A DNA stretch of 64,000 nucleotides, taken from assembly GCA_044892505.1 (NCBI GenBank), contig CM097883.1, positions 308,698,001 through 308,762,000 on the forward strand. The letters are read 5' to 3'. Source of the stretch: Schmidtea nova. Taxonomy: Eukaryota. A model generated the notes under the pieces. That model was not told the origin of the DNA. It saw only the letters and a program-made list of their open reading frames with translations, and searched no databases. Shown piece after piece: positions 21,171 through 34,943 of the stretch (positions within the stretch are counted from its first letter, which is position 1; every line of letters begins with the position of its first letter). Position numbers and translations under genes: made by a program.

Positions 21171-23539
21171 TATTTATTTCATGAAAAAAAAAAATTTTTA
21201 AATGATAATAAAAATTTCTTTCTTTCTTTTAGTCAAAATTTAATATCATTTTGTCAATTTCTATAGCTGACGTGACCTCCATTCAATGTTCTTTTATCTT
21301 TTATTATTGTAAAAATAAATAAATAATTAGCCCTGGTGTCTATTCTTTTTCGCTTTTCAATTTTTTTGATTTGCTCTTTATTTTCAATCCCCGGTTAACC
21401 ATTATAATAACGATGACAATAACTATTGTTAAAATAAAATGTAAGTAAGTTATCAAAGTGAAATCAACTGCTTAACGAAAGGAAATAAAGGAAAAACCAG
21501 CTGGAGATGCAGCAAGGAAACTTACAATAGATAACTCGTTTCATTTCGTTGCGCCACGTGGAGAGTGGGTCGTTTAGCAATTGTTTTGGTTTAATTGAGT
21601 CTGGTTTACGCACGAGACAAAACTTTCTCTAAATACCGATATTAAAATATAAAACGAAAAAAAAACATTTTACAAAATATATTTTAGAAACGGCTTAAAT
21701 TTTTAAATAAGTGACAGAAATAACTTTTTCATATGTCTATTATTTCTTTCTGTTAATTGGGATTTATAGGCAAAATGCAACAACTATTGCTGCCTGTCAG
21801 TCTGGTGAATCCTTTGAAACACTTAAAATATTTTTATGAAAAATTATTTGAAATAAACTGCGTAACATTATTAACACCATAAGGTTTTAATAATATTTTT
21901 TTTCCTATTCCGTTGAGAATGTAAAATATTACAATGTATTAATGGGACACAAAAGGTAAAATGTACCGAAAATATCCGAATTTGTAAATTTCATAAATTA
22001 TAATTGTAAATCCCAATGTTGGCGTGGCTCTGTATGCAAAAATAAAAACGAGGCTGAAAACATATGGAAACATTTTTTTCTAATCTAAACTTAATTATTA
22101 AAATAAATACGCGAGAAAACAAAAAGAAAATTTATGGTAACAAAACACTAAATTAAAAAGACATGTATATAAAGTAGGGTTGTCACATTTCAATGAAGAC
22201 AAAAATAGTGACGAATATTATTACTCGTGCAGTTGCGTGCGGTACAAGCCCATATCGTCGGCCTAGCTTAAACATTATGTCCATTTGTTTACGTAGATAA
22301 AATAAAACATGTGAAAAAATTGCTAAAATCTGCATTTTTGAAAAACAGTATTGTAAAATAAAAACAATTAATTCCAATCATGTTATTTGTTTGTAAAATT
22401 GTAATATTTTCTTAAATATTTGCTAAAAACAATTAAATAAAATAATAATAATAATAAATTAATAAAGTTTATTTAATTAAAACAAATTAAAATAAACAAA
22501 ATCATTTCAAATAATATCACAAAACTGAGAAACCTTTACATAAAAGTATTTTTTATTGGTTTTTACACATAAATTGCAAAAATATAATTAATAAAAAATG
22601 CAAATATTTTTTATTCTTTTAACTTGAAAATATCAACATTCCAATCCAATGGAGTCTATTACTGGAGTCGATACTGTTTGATGCCAACATAGCTATCTAC
22701 TCTCGTAATGGTGCATAACGCAGGAGAATTATATAGATCATTTAAGTCGCCTTACAAATCCGACGCATAAAATCATGATTATTCATCACTCTCAAAATCA
22801 CGATTCTTTCATTCAAATAAAACACAAATTGTTAAATTTCATCTTTTTTGTTCTGGCAGTAATTCGCATATTTAATTAAATTGTCTTTACAATTTTCAAA
22901 CAATTATTTTTACTATCAATAGGAACAGGATAGCTGCTTTCAAAACAATCTGGAATGTTCAGTTTTTCATCAACTATTCCATTGCTTTCTTGTTTCTGTA
23001 TTTTAGGTTCAAACAAGAAAATTTCTCTTTTGTTATAAAATATCCTTTTTCTTAGGAAATTAGTTTTATAACATTTTTAATAGTCTTCATTTTCTATTAT
23101 TTTTTTTCAAATATTTTGAAACATTTTTTGATTACTTTTTTCTGATAACTTTACAAATTTTATTTTGTAGAATCAATTTAATACACAATTTAATACACAA
23201 TTTAATACACAATTTAATACACAATTTAATCAATTTAATATGCAATGGAAGATCCCCACTATCAACTAAACTTTGACAAAATTCAGATAATCAGGAGTTA
23301 AATTTTGATAGCGATTCACTTTAATAAAGAAAAATAAATACAATAAATTTTAAATTTTCCATAATAATAAATTTTAATATAATTATAATAATAATAGTGA
23401 TATTAACACTAATATCGTCAACATTTTTAATTTTGATAATTTTATCTTCAATTAAGCACTTGAAAATTTGAGTGTTGAAAATTTGTGTTCAAATGAAAAA
23501 CTTTTGATATTTTGTCTTTAAAAGTTAATATATATGAAC

Positions 23540-23594
<55 letters not shown>

Positions 23595-23599
23595 CTATT

Positions 23600-24635
23600 A
23601 AATAAAAATGGCAATTTATTCATATAAATAAGAGAACACATTTTTTAAAATATATTAATGCAATATATTTCAACAGCTTAGCTGTCATCATCAGGCTTTC
23701 ACAATCTCAATAAAATATAAAATTGATCTTAATTATACGCTTAATAGTGATTACATAATTACATGTGCATAATCCAATAAAACTTTTATTTACCCTAATA
23801 AAATTAATTAAACATTCTCAAAATGCATGTAGATATTGCATTTTGTATATTTATTTTAGGATTAAATGATTTTATCATCAAAGCCTCACAATTCACACGT
23901 TCATAATAATTTTTAAAACCCCTAGAAAGTATTTTGAAATTAGAAATATTAATGCTCTTCTTGCAAGTCTTATTATGCTCAATAATGTTACTCTTTCCGC
24001 TCTTTCTGGCATGTTCTTGAACTCGTGTACAGAGATGACGGGCAGTCTCTCCAACGTATGTGGCATTACACCCATTACAAGTAAAACGATATACGAGATC
24101 AGAACACAGACCAAATGGCGTCACAGAGTTATTACTGAACATGTCCCGAACTTTGCAAGACTTAGAAATTATTTTAACATTAGTATTTCCAATATATTTT
24201 ATAATAGATTTTTTAAAATTTACAAATCCCTCAGAAAAAGGTAAAACTATAACAGAACCAATGTAATCATTCAAGTTACTTTTATTTATTTCATTATTAT
24301 TATTGCAATCAACACCATCATTCATTCCCATAACAACATCACCTGTTTCAATCAAAGGAGCACTATCAGATGTATTAAACGGATCAACACCAGGAGAAAT
24401 TTTTTCATCAATCACATTCAACTTATTAATACACTTATCAACAGTTTCACTCACCATTCGTTGCAAGAAACATTTTGAATATCCATTATTCTGTAGTAAT
24501 TTAAGTAATTTATCAATACTATTTATAGATTTACAATAAGTTGACGGCAATGTCCAAGAACGATAAACCAATCCCCTTATCATATTTCTTTTATATTTAA
24601 AATCACAAAACCTTTCCGGTGATGTATACAAACCA
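23600..24635 (-). mobile_element. Penelope-like element 3' portion (RT thumb + GIY-YIG ORF 23804-24631)
   Basis: (TG)LYTSPERFCDFKYK...LVYRS...LQNNGY; VYRFTCNGCNATYVGETARHLCTRVQEH...EALMIKSFNPKIN; 3' UTR carries a hammerhead motif. Confidence 0.92.
23653..23704 (-). ncRNA. Minimal type I hammerhead ribozyme motif
   Basis: Reverse complement reads CTGATGA-T-GACAGC-TAA-GCTGTT-GAAA-TATATT-GC. Confidence 0.65.
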
Positions 24636-25332
24636 GTGTATTAATAAGTGTATTAATAAGTGTATTAATAAGTGTATTAATAAGTTGAATGTGATTGATA
24701 AAAAAATTTCTCCTGGTGTTGATCCGTTTAATACCTCTGATAGTGCTTTGTAAATTTTAAAAAATCTATTATAAAATATATTGGAAATACTAATGTTAAA
24801 ATAATTTCTAAGTCTTGCAAAGTTCGTGAAATGTTCAGTAATAAATCTGTGACGCCATCTGAACTGTGTTCTGATCTCGTATATCGTTTTACTTGTAATG
24901 GGTGTAATGCCACATACATTGGAGAGACTGCCCGTCATCTCTGTACACGAGTTCAAGAACATGCCAGAAAGAGCAGAAAGAGTAACATTATTGAGCATAA
25001 TAAGACTTGCAAGAAAAGCATTGATATTTCTAATTTCAAAATACTTTCTAGGGGTTTTAAAAATTATTATGAAAGTGTAAATTGTGAGGCTTTATTGAAA
25101 AAATCATTTAATCCTAAAATAAATATACAAAATGCAATATCTACATGCATTTTGAGAATGTTTAATTAATTTTATTAGGGTAAATAAAAGTTTTATTGGA
25201 TTATGCACATGTAATTACGTAATCACTATTAAGCGTATAATTAAGATCAATTTTTATTTTATTGAGATTGTGGAAAGCCTGATGATGACAGCTAAGCTGT
25301 TGAAATATATTGCATTAATATATTTAAAAAAA
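24636..25332 (+). mobile_element. Inverted partial Penelope copy (pseudo-LTR-like), internally deleted
   Basis: Reverse complement of about 23640-24450 with an internal deletion; GIY-YIG ORF 24831-25169; four copies of GTGTATTAATAA at the junction. Confidence 0.9.
25269..25320 (+). ncRNA. Minimal type I hammerhead ribozyme motif
   Basis: CTGATGA 25279-25285; stem II GACAGC/GCTGTT; GAAA 25302-25305; palindromic ATATAT stem III; imperfect stem I. Confidence 0.65.
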
Positions 25333-27882
25333 NNNNNNNNNNNNNNNNNNNNNNNNNNNNNNNNNNNNNNNNNNNNNNNNNNNNNNNNNNNNNNNNNNNN
25401 NNNNNNNNNNNNNNNNNNNNNNNNNNNNNNNNNNNNNNNNNNNNNNNNNNNNNNNNNNNNNATAATTTGACATCTCCCAGTTTCAGTTTATATTGTTTGA
25501 AAAGACTAATAAACATTAAAGCTTTCCATTTCGAGTCCTTTTTAATACATTAAAATAAACTGAATTTTGTCATTGAAACTTTACACTCTTTCATGGGCCA
25601 TACGGATCTCTTTAATTAACGAAGTCTAGCTTTGTGATATAACTTCATAATATTTTTTTATAAAACTGTCTAGTAAATAGTGAAAAATTGCCTTTTAATT
25701 TAGGAAAAATGCAAAAATTCTAAATGATTTTTACATTTGGGAAAAAAGTAAACATCTGGTGGAATAACATCCGCAAACATATGTCAAATCTGCAATCGTT
25801 TTACTTGTAGGTTTGTCGACTTTCGTAAGCTTTGATATAAATTTAACTTTAATTATCAAATATAATTTACTATGTAATTGGCCGATACACAATAAAAACG
25901 GCAAATATAAGTTTAATGGTTGCACAAATTAATTTTAATTTAATTAATGTAAAAATCAGTTTATTTATGGTAAAGAAAATGTGGAAATGTGAGGCCATTG
26001 TGAAAACTAATATCATTTCCACTTGACGCTAAGGTCTCTAGAGGGATTAGTTTAAACAAAAAATTAAATTAATTAATTAAAATGTTATTTACTTCAGTTT
26101 ATAATTATTATTTGAAAAACAAAATATACTTTTTGACAAGTAATATTTGACAAGAATATTACTGCACACGATTGCATTTATCTTCCTAACTTTATTCCAA
26201 AAAAGGGGAACGAAGTTAGAAGACAACTATTAAATGCGTAAGAATAAAGTCTTGCGTCACTGTAAAAAATAAAGTCAGAGTATGTTGACAATTATAATAA
26301 AATTTGCAATTAAATATTCTTTTTTTTATTATTTGTATTCTTTTTGATTCTAAGCTAGTTTGTTCGTATATTATCATTTACATCCCTTAATTTCATTTTT
26401 GATTTTATCGTTTCTACTTCAGAAATTTTAAGATTTTTCATTCCGGTTTGTTTATACTAATTAAGTCTTTTATTAATATTATTTAATTAATTAAACTTTC
26501 TAATTTTCATACTTTTTCGTATACTTTCCTTTTCGTTTTGTTGCCTCTCATCATTTTGCGATTATCTGAATTTTCTTTTGTTTTTTTTTGATTTTTTTAC
26601 ATTTTCTTGCAATTTGCCCCCAACACTTAGACGCATGAATCCAGGTGTAAAAAGCCACGAAAAAAAGACATGGAAAAAAATGCCAAAAACAATTTAGATA
26701 ATGTCACAATTATAAATTCATTTAATGAATATTTAAGGTAAGCAAAGCCATAAAAAAGTATATAAAATGTTAAATAATTTTTCAAATGAAAATCTGCTGC
26801 TTTCCGGTATGCTTTGTTACATACGTATAACCATCTAAACGTAACTTCTTATTTCCTTTCTGACTTTCAATAATTTTATATTCCTTTATGCTTAATATAA
26901 TATGCTTTTTTTCCTTGGCTTTTTTCCCTTAGTTTTTTCCCCCGGCAACCGTTACATATTGTACACCTACATTGATCTTATTTAATAGTATTTTTAATAA
27001 TTTTTGCCGTGCCTAATTAAATTGCTGCATAATTAAATTACCAAATAAATAAATAAATAAAATATAAAATAATGATCAAAACAAAACATAATTAAATATA
27101 TTAAATTATAAATAAAATCTTTAATTTAAACTCAATTCAATCTTAGCAAGTTTTACTTTTTTAATTATAAACAACTGATGTCTTACATTTTAGCTTTTAC
27201 AGAAAGACTCCCAGACCCGGCGTAATGCAGCTCTTTTAATGTAAACATTAAATTGAAAAGGTAAAACTGCGCAATATTTATTTTATGCTCTAACTTTTTA
27301 GAACTCAAAAATACAGAAACGTAATGAGTTAATGGTTAGGATGCTATCAAGCTGATTATTATGATGCACATTGATATAGAAATTGATACCAGTAACTGTA
27401 CCGACTTTCATGGGACTTTGCATTTGGCGCTTGGTTGCTTTACAAAAAACAACTGGTTGTCGAAGACATAATGATTGTCATAGTAATTGACAAAATCATC
27501 GGGCTAAACATCACTAAAAAGAAATTTCGGACTTCTCCATTTTTGACCAAAATGCATCTAGGAAGATATGGTGTCATTGTCTAAACCTGAATGTAGAGAA
27601 AAATTATGACAGCTCTAAGTGGGTAACAGTCTGATCTCACAACAATTCGCTTTATGGTTCTGTGACCTCTTTCTGATATACTGTTTCTGCTATACAACGA
27701 TAATGGCATTTAAAAATTAAAATTTGACAGTTTAAAAAATATTTAAATTGACGGTTAAAATTAAAACAAAAATAACCTTGACCCCTAATTCCGTTATAAT
27801 ATGTGTGCAAGGTAAATATCAAAGATTATGAATTAATATGTATTTTATCATAATTATCTTTTTTCACCTTTGATCTTTTTTT

Positions 27883-27995
27883 ATTATTATTATCAATAAT
27901 TCTCATAATGCCGACTGTAGATCAAAATTTTTTTGTTTCTAAAAAAAAATTTTGATCTATAGTCAGCATTATGAGAATTATTGATAATAATAATA
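27883..27995. repeat. Hairpin repeat family A, copy 1
   Basis: ~53-bp arms TATCAATAATTCTCATAATG...TAGATCAAAATTT with two mismatches; preceded by ATAATTATCTTTTTTCACCTTTGATCTTTTT. Confidence 0.85.
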
Positions 27996-28029
27996 TGTAT
28001 TTGTTTATGTTAGTAACAGTTACCACGTG

Positions 28030-30157
28030 AAAAAATTCGTCCCGTCTGCTCATTATGTCCTACTAATCAATTTGCATTTAATTTGTTAAATAATTAACAA
28101 CTATATTTTTATCTTTCAAACAAATAACCAATTTTAATATTATTTCTCGGTGGACGACTGTTTAATTAACAATGCACAGTTTACATTTAATTAGTTATTT
28201 AGCGAATCTTTCATAAATTTTAATTGTAGTAGGTTTATTACACTTACATAGAATTATTTACTATTTTTCATAGTTTGCTTATCCCAGAAACCTATCGGGA
28301 TCTTTTGGGTTTGTCCATATCTTTTACAATTGTTTTTTTTTAAAATTTTCTTTTTGGTTAATATTCTATTTTTGGATAATATTTCCTCAGTTATTACAAC
28401 AAAATGTTAATATATTTAAGTCTGAATTAGGATTATCTGATTTTGAAATTTAGTACCTATTTAAGAATTTAACGATGGAATAAATAATTGATTGCATTTA
28501 TAGCTGGTAATATTATTGGAATTAATGTAACTAAAAATCCACCATTTTATTTTTAAATGACTTTTCAAATAAGTTAACAATTTTTTGCATTAACTAACGA
28601 TAACAGAGAATTTTTATGTTTTTGTAGTATAAGTCTTTTAGCTTTACTAATATTTACATTACACGAATTACATTGACAATAACTTCAAGCAAATCATCAA
28701 TAACAAATGGTGTAAAAGCCTGTAGAATAGTCATACGGTAATTAATTGGAGTCTTAATCAAGGTATTAAAATATGGTAAACTTCGTTCAATTTTTATAAT
28801 TATCAATTTTTTTAATTTGTTTTTTTAATAATTTAATCCAATTCTTCTTTTTAATGATTTCATTTTTATGGACAATAGATCAAATATATTTTATTAATAC
28901 ACGAAATTTCAACTATTGTCTTAAAAATAAAATTATCTGAACTTTTATGATTTTCAAAAGTGAGCAGAAAGATTTTATTTTTCGGCGATTCAAAAAAAAA
29001 AGAAAACATATTATTACTTATTAATATTTATAATAGAGCATTTTTGTAATAATTATATGTGATATTAACCGTATCAACCTCAATTTATACATAATCACGA
29101 ATTCCTCTCAAATCAGGATATATGGTGACGACCATGATATCAGCTTAAATAAATTAAAATAATTAACAATCGCAAACAGCATTCTCATCAATTAAATTCT
29201 ATTTCCACATTTTGAGCATTTTTCAATAATAATTATAATTAATTACAATATTTTCGATTTTCTTAAAATTATAATTTACAATTTTTCACAATTGTAACTT
29301 CATCACAGCAAGTTTATAATTACTATTAATTTTAATAATATATTATTTATTTGAATTTTATTACGAATTTCTTATTTCCATTAAAAATTAATTTAAGTTG
29401 TAAGATTACGTATTATTAAAAATATCAACGAGTAAAAATGGAAAAAATTACCGGAAATTTCTGAAGAAGCCATGTAGGAGAATTATTTATGATTATGATT
29501 ATTTTTTTCGGATTTTTAATAGAATATTATTTTAAAATAAATTTATTATCGATTTTAATAAAAAAAGTAAATATTTTAATTATTAACTGAAAAAATGCAG
29601 ACAATCTCTAATTTTTCTAATTTGGTTAATTTAACCGCTCACGATAAAATATTATAAATATAAAAAAAGAATAATATTTCTTGTTATTAATATAAAAAAT
29701 TAATTATGAACATATTTGTATTTAAGTTTTGAACAAATTAATATTTTTAATTCTGTAATATAAGGTTTTTTGTTTATCAATGTGACATTGAAATTTAATA
29801 TTATTTTATTTTAAATGGATTATGCTAATTTTATCCGTTAGTTATTACTGCTTTTGTATGAGAAAAATTTAAATATATTAATTGATTTAATCTATTTTTA
29901 ATCAAAATTTATTTATATATTTTATAATAATTAAAATATAAAATTACTTTAATCATGTAAAATTAAAAATTAACACTAGCAAATATTAAGGCGTCACGAT
30001 AATATATGAAAATGTTTATAAGGAAAAATAAAGAATATTAGATATTTATCAATTATTATTAATTAATCATTTAATATTAATTAATAATTATTATTTATCT
30101 TTTAATTATAATTCATAATTTATTAATTATAATTTATAATTTATAATTATTATTAAT

Positions 30158-30200
<43 letters not shown>

Positions 30201-30850
30201 TATTATTATTATTAATTTACAACTATTATTAATTAATTTACAATTATCATTAATTTTTCCGTTTTATTTGTAATAATAATTTTCTGCTTAAGTATTTTTT
30301 ATTTTTAAGCAAACTGCTCAAACAACTTTTAAAGAATTAATGATAAATATTTTACGAATTCTATAATCTCCCAGTTAATGTAGAATGTGGACAACGCTGC
30401 TAATTTGCATTTTCTGTCTCTGGATTATCACATGCATTTCTGTTAGGCTCTGCGGAGAATAAATTCTGCAATTAAAAACAAAGGAATTTTTATTTAAAAT
30501 AATTTTAACCAAAATCGAAAAAGGATGAAACTCAAATTAATTTATGCATCAGCATTTTTCTCACTGGTAAAATTTATCTTTTATGTAAAATGGATTAGAG
30601 ATACTATAATTTTACCATTTTAAAAAATAACCAAAAATATTTTGTTTGTTTCTACTCAATTGAGAAAATAAACATTTACCAGATGGGCAAACGTTTGTTG
30701 AAAATGCAAAATTTATTACTTTTGATATTATAATGCAAAACATATTCCACCAATGACATTTGTTTATTGGTGAAATTTATAGAGATAAATAATCAACAAT
30801 ATATTATGGTTAATTGATATCATGAATAAATGTTGCAGAATTTGTGACAT
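28030..30850 (-). mobile_element. Highly decayed Polinton block (pPolB - probable ATPase - GGFL ORF - integrase N-terminus)
   Basis: Minus-strand remnants: CDNPETENA...GDYRIRKI and FFKSCLSSLLKNK (pPolB-like); MTILQAFTPFVIDDLLEVIVN...NGGFLVTLIPIIL (conserved Polinton small ORF); IWTNPKDPDRFLG (integrase start). The ATPase assignment is weak. Confidence 0.5.
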
Positions 30851-32417
30851 ATAATGAAAATAAATTACAAAAACATTTTATATAAATTTAAATTTTGAAT
30901 TTATTAAATTTTGTGTATTGGGATTAAAATTTTTTATTTATATATATTTAAATTTTTAAAATTTTTAAAATTTTTAATTTGTTATATAATAAAAAAAATT
31001 GAACGAAAATATTTCGAAAATGATTTCAAAATGAATAAAGTTTAGTCAAATTATAAATAAAACCAGAACTTTTGAAAATTATTGTAAAAATGTGTGTGTT
31101 TTAGATAAGAATAATTTAAAACGATATTTATTTATCAATACAGATATACAGACAGCAATACAAACACCAGCAATAAAATACCGATTATAAAACTCGCAAT
31201 CTGTAATTCCGATGGTCCGTAATTAACCACTTGATGTTTGGTTACACAACTATCCTTAGACTGAAAAACTTTGCCGATTTTTGGAGGGAAACAGCTATTA
31301 ATCACCAGTTAAATTCTTAAATTTGAAATAAACTTTCATTATGTAAACTATTTGATTATTTCTTTTTCAAAATATATTTTTTGTGTCCTAATTGTTTTTT
31401 ATCTCTTGGCTAGAATACCTGTTGACCAAATGATTTCAACCAGTAACCCCGTAGGATACACACACACATATATATATATACTACCAAAATTGACTTTTTT
31501 CATTTGAAATAAAATCATACATGACCAAACTTTAATAAACTCAAATAAAATCTACACACAATTAGACACTCAATTTTTTAATATAAAAAATTGGTAATTA
31601 TATAGCTATTTAGGAAATTCGTTCATTAAATCTTTTTTCTGCAGTCAAGTTTGTATTTTTCATGTAAGCTGCGAAAGACATTTGTTATATATTTTTAAAA
31701 AAATTTTAAAATATAAAAATTTCAATTTAAGTAGATAATGAAAATATTTAAAATATTATACATGTCAAGACTGTTCTAAAGTTGCTTTTTTATAGTTATG
31801 TATTGGAATATAATTGTAGGCAAAATGAATTTGTTTTTATTTAAAATAAATAAAAGAAAATAGAGGATAAAACATATTTGAGAATTAAATTTAATAAATT
31901 ACGGTTATTTAAATATTTATGTAAAAATTATTCTTATTATGGAATATAATATCTAAAATCTTACCCCCCCCCTCTACAAAAATTGTAGTCTATTAGATTG
32001 CTAGGATACGACGGAATAACTTTTCTTTATCTAAATAGATAATTAGTCATCTACAAATAAAAATTCTATAAAATTCTGATATTGATTTAAAATATATTTT
32101 TAAAGACTAATGGTAAGGGACACGCTTGCTTCAAGTATTACAATAGTTTTTTAAAAGAAAATAACAAAAAAAATGAAGTGCGAATGACATTGAAGACGAG
32201 AAATAAAGAAATGTATACAAAAGGTAATTATTTACTGAAAGGTTTATCCAGAAATTACTATAAATTTAGATATAACTCTATATTTTGGAGCATAAAACGC
32301 TATATACGTCTAATAGTTGACAGCAGAGGTTTTTTTATAATAAGATAACCACATAGCTACAGTCATTTCCAATGCAAATGTTTTCCAAAAATAAAGAAAA
32401 ATTAATGTATAAAACAT

Positions 32418-33742
32418 GGTAAAGGTAGCGTATGGGAGGGCCAATTTTTAAAATTAAATAATTAATAAAAATTTATTAAATAAATTGATATTATATTAAA
32501 AATAAGTCTTAAATTATGCAATAAAGAAAATAAGCAAGTATTATATTGTTTAACTAATTACGACAACAAAACAAGAGTTTACATAATAAAAACCACATCA
32601 AAGCAAAATTAATGTGATACATATAAAGTAAAGTAAAAATAGACAATCTCAAGACAAATTTAATACCACCATATTATGTTACCATATTTTTTTCTTGCAT
32701 TGTTTCCATAAAGATATTAAATACTGCTCGATCATGAACGAACCGCCTTCTCCAAATAAATTCATCAACGTAGCTTGGTAAAAACGAATTAGGAGAACCG
32801 AACATGTACTTGAATTTACGTTTGCATAAGGCCCAAGAGCCTTCAATACTATTGGTATGCGCGCCTGTAACTGGATCGATGAAGTGCAAAGAATGATTGA
32901 CCCATTGATGTTCGTAAGGACCTAGTAGTGCGAGTGGTGTAGGATGAGAAGTGTTTCGATTCGGCCCCCCCCGTATACGTTGCATATTCATCCGACCAAA
33001 TCAATGTCCCTGGCAAAACTACTCTCCTAATAATCGGGAATATAGTTTCCTGTTTTCTATCTCTCACAAATTCCAAATGTACATTTTTAGTAGCTTCATC
33101 GAAGATACCAAACACCCAACCTGCAGCGGTGTTCCCCCTTGGCTCCCCTCTATGGTGCTTCAAACGCATGAACTTGGATTCATCGATCTGCACTCTACGT
33201 CCAATACCACCGAATACCAAAGGCTCTCGTAACAATTTCCAGCTACATAGATCTCTGAAGTACTGAAACCACTGTACTATTGCTGTTTTGGATATTCCAG
33301 TGTACAGTTTCACTTGTTTGATTGATGTTTCTGCGCTCCAAAAATATACCAATTCAACTAGTTGACTAAGCGGCAAACGGGAAGTTTCAAAATAACTCCC
33401 ATGTGTAACGTACCTTTTCTTCCGGTGTGAATTATTTCGTGTTCTATCACGACATTCGTATAGGTATTTATTCAGTACATTGTTTTCTGCTACCAATTTC
33501 ATGTTCCTTCCGCAAATTTCACATAAAGGTGGACCTTTAATAAGGCCATTATTTTCGCAAAACGTTATGCATTCTTTTGCATCGTTTGTAATTGCATATA
33601 ATTCTTTTAACAGCATGGTTATTTATAATAAAGTTTAATATAAATATTTCTTATTTATAATATAATATCAATTTATTTATTTAATAAATTTTTATTAATT
33701 ATTTAATTTTAAAAATTGGCCCTCCCATACGCTACCTTTACC
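32418..33742 (-). mobile_element. Merlin (IS1595/ISXO2-like) DNA transposon, complete ends
   Basis: ~89-bp TIRs starting GGTAAAGGTAGCGTATGGGAGGGCCAATT; 8-bp TSD TAAAACAT (32410-32417, 33743-33750). Confidence 0.95.
32674..33616 (-). pseudogene. Merlin DDE transposase split by one frameshift in a G8 run
   Basis: VQIDESKF, WSDEY and HTNSIEGSW catalytic motifs. ORFs 32849-33616 and 32674-32991 join if one G is removed from the run at 32965-32972. Confidence 0.9.
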
Positions 33743-34167
33743 TAAAACATAATTTGTTAAAAAATAGTAAGCATTGTAAAGACAATTTTATTCCTTATTT
33801 ATTAATATGCGAGGGTAATATAATAGACAGAAACGGAAACGGTATTTTTTTCGTTCCCTGCTCTTGTCTTCAACTAAAAATTATTGTATGCCAATATAAT
33901 TTCACAAAATTTGTCTTTGTAATATTCATTATACTATGACCCATTATAATTATTATTTGAAAAGGATTGAATAGGTTTCTCATTTACGAGTGTGATATTT
34001 GCATTAAATAGTGTTAATATTTCATTAATAGTAACAAATTTTCAATTAACTTCCAATATAGTTTATTTATAATTATATTTGAAATAAACTATAATACTAA
34101 ATGACCTAAATAAACGTATAAGTTATATAAAACGAAGAATAATGTATATATTTATTATACTATATGA

Positions 34168-34887
34168 CAGGGGTGTCCAACTTTTCTGTATATAAGATCT
34201 ACTTTCTTTCTTAAAAGTGTGTCACGATCGATTTATTGTCATAGGCGTAGTCTAAGGGGGAAGAAGGGGTGTGAAATACATGTTTATACACTGTGTTTCA
34301 GCATAAGGTGCATTCCAGCGAAGTATTGGTAGATAAGTAAAATATATATGTTCAAAACTATTTTTATTTTTAAATCACTCATTAAGTTTTCGAGATATAG
34401 GCTCCTGAAGAAAATAAATTCCCAGACCCAACTTTTGATAGCAGCATTCCGTACCTAAAAAAATTGATTTTACAACAATTTTTCGAGATAGATTTTTACT
34501 AACTTAAAATGCAATTTGGGCTTTTTTTCAACTGCAATGTATAAGTTGTTGTGGTATTTGTTCGTAAATATAAAAACGTAAAAATGCACAGTATGGATGA
34601 TAATTTGCTTACAATATTTCACTTGTTTTTTGGGTCAAGAAAATTTATCACGAGAGAATAATATGACTTACTTTTGCTAATTTATCAATAGCTCGCTAAG
34701 TACACCTCGTACTGAAATATAGATATACGGCTTATCTACGTACGTAAAAAACATCAACAATAATTATTTAAAGGACCAAAAAACTCACGTCCAAGGGAGA
34801 TTAAAGAACATGGTTAACTATTAACAATATTTTTTAATTCAAAGTAGCCACAGATAAATACAGATTTAGAATTTACTTTGTTCCCTT

Positions 34888-34943
<56 letters not shown>

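Noticed and set aside
25731-27700. Possible decayed second GPCR on the minus strand (RNFFLV; CLFFVAFYTWI; KKEYLIANFIIIV; LLCIGQLHS)
   Set aside because: Only hydrophobic patches with many frameshifts and no DRY or NPxxY motif. It cannot be supported without a frameshift-aware 7tm_1 HMM search.
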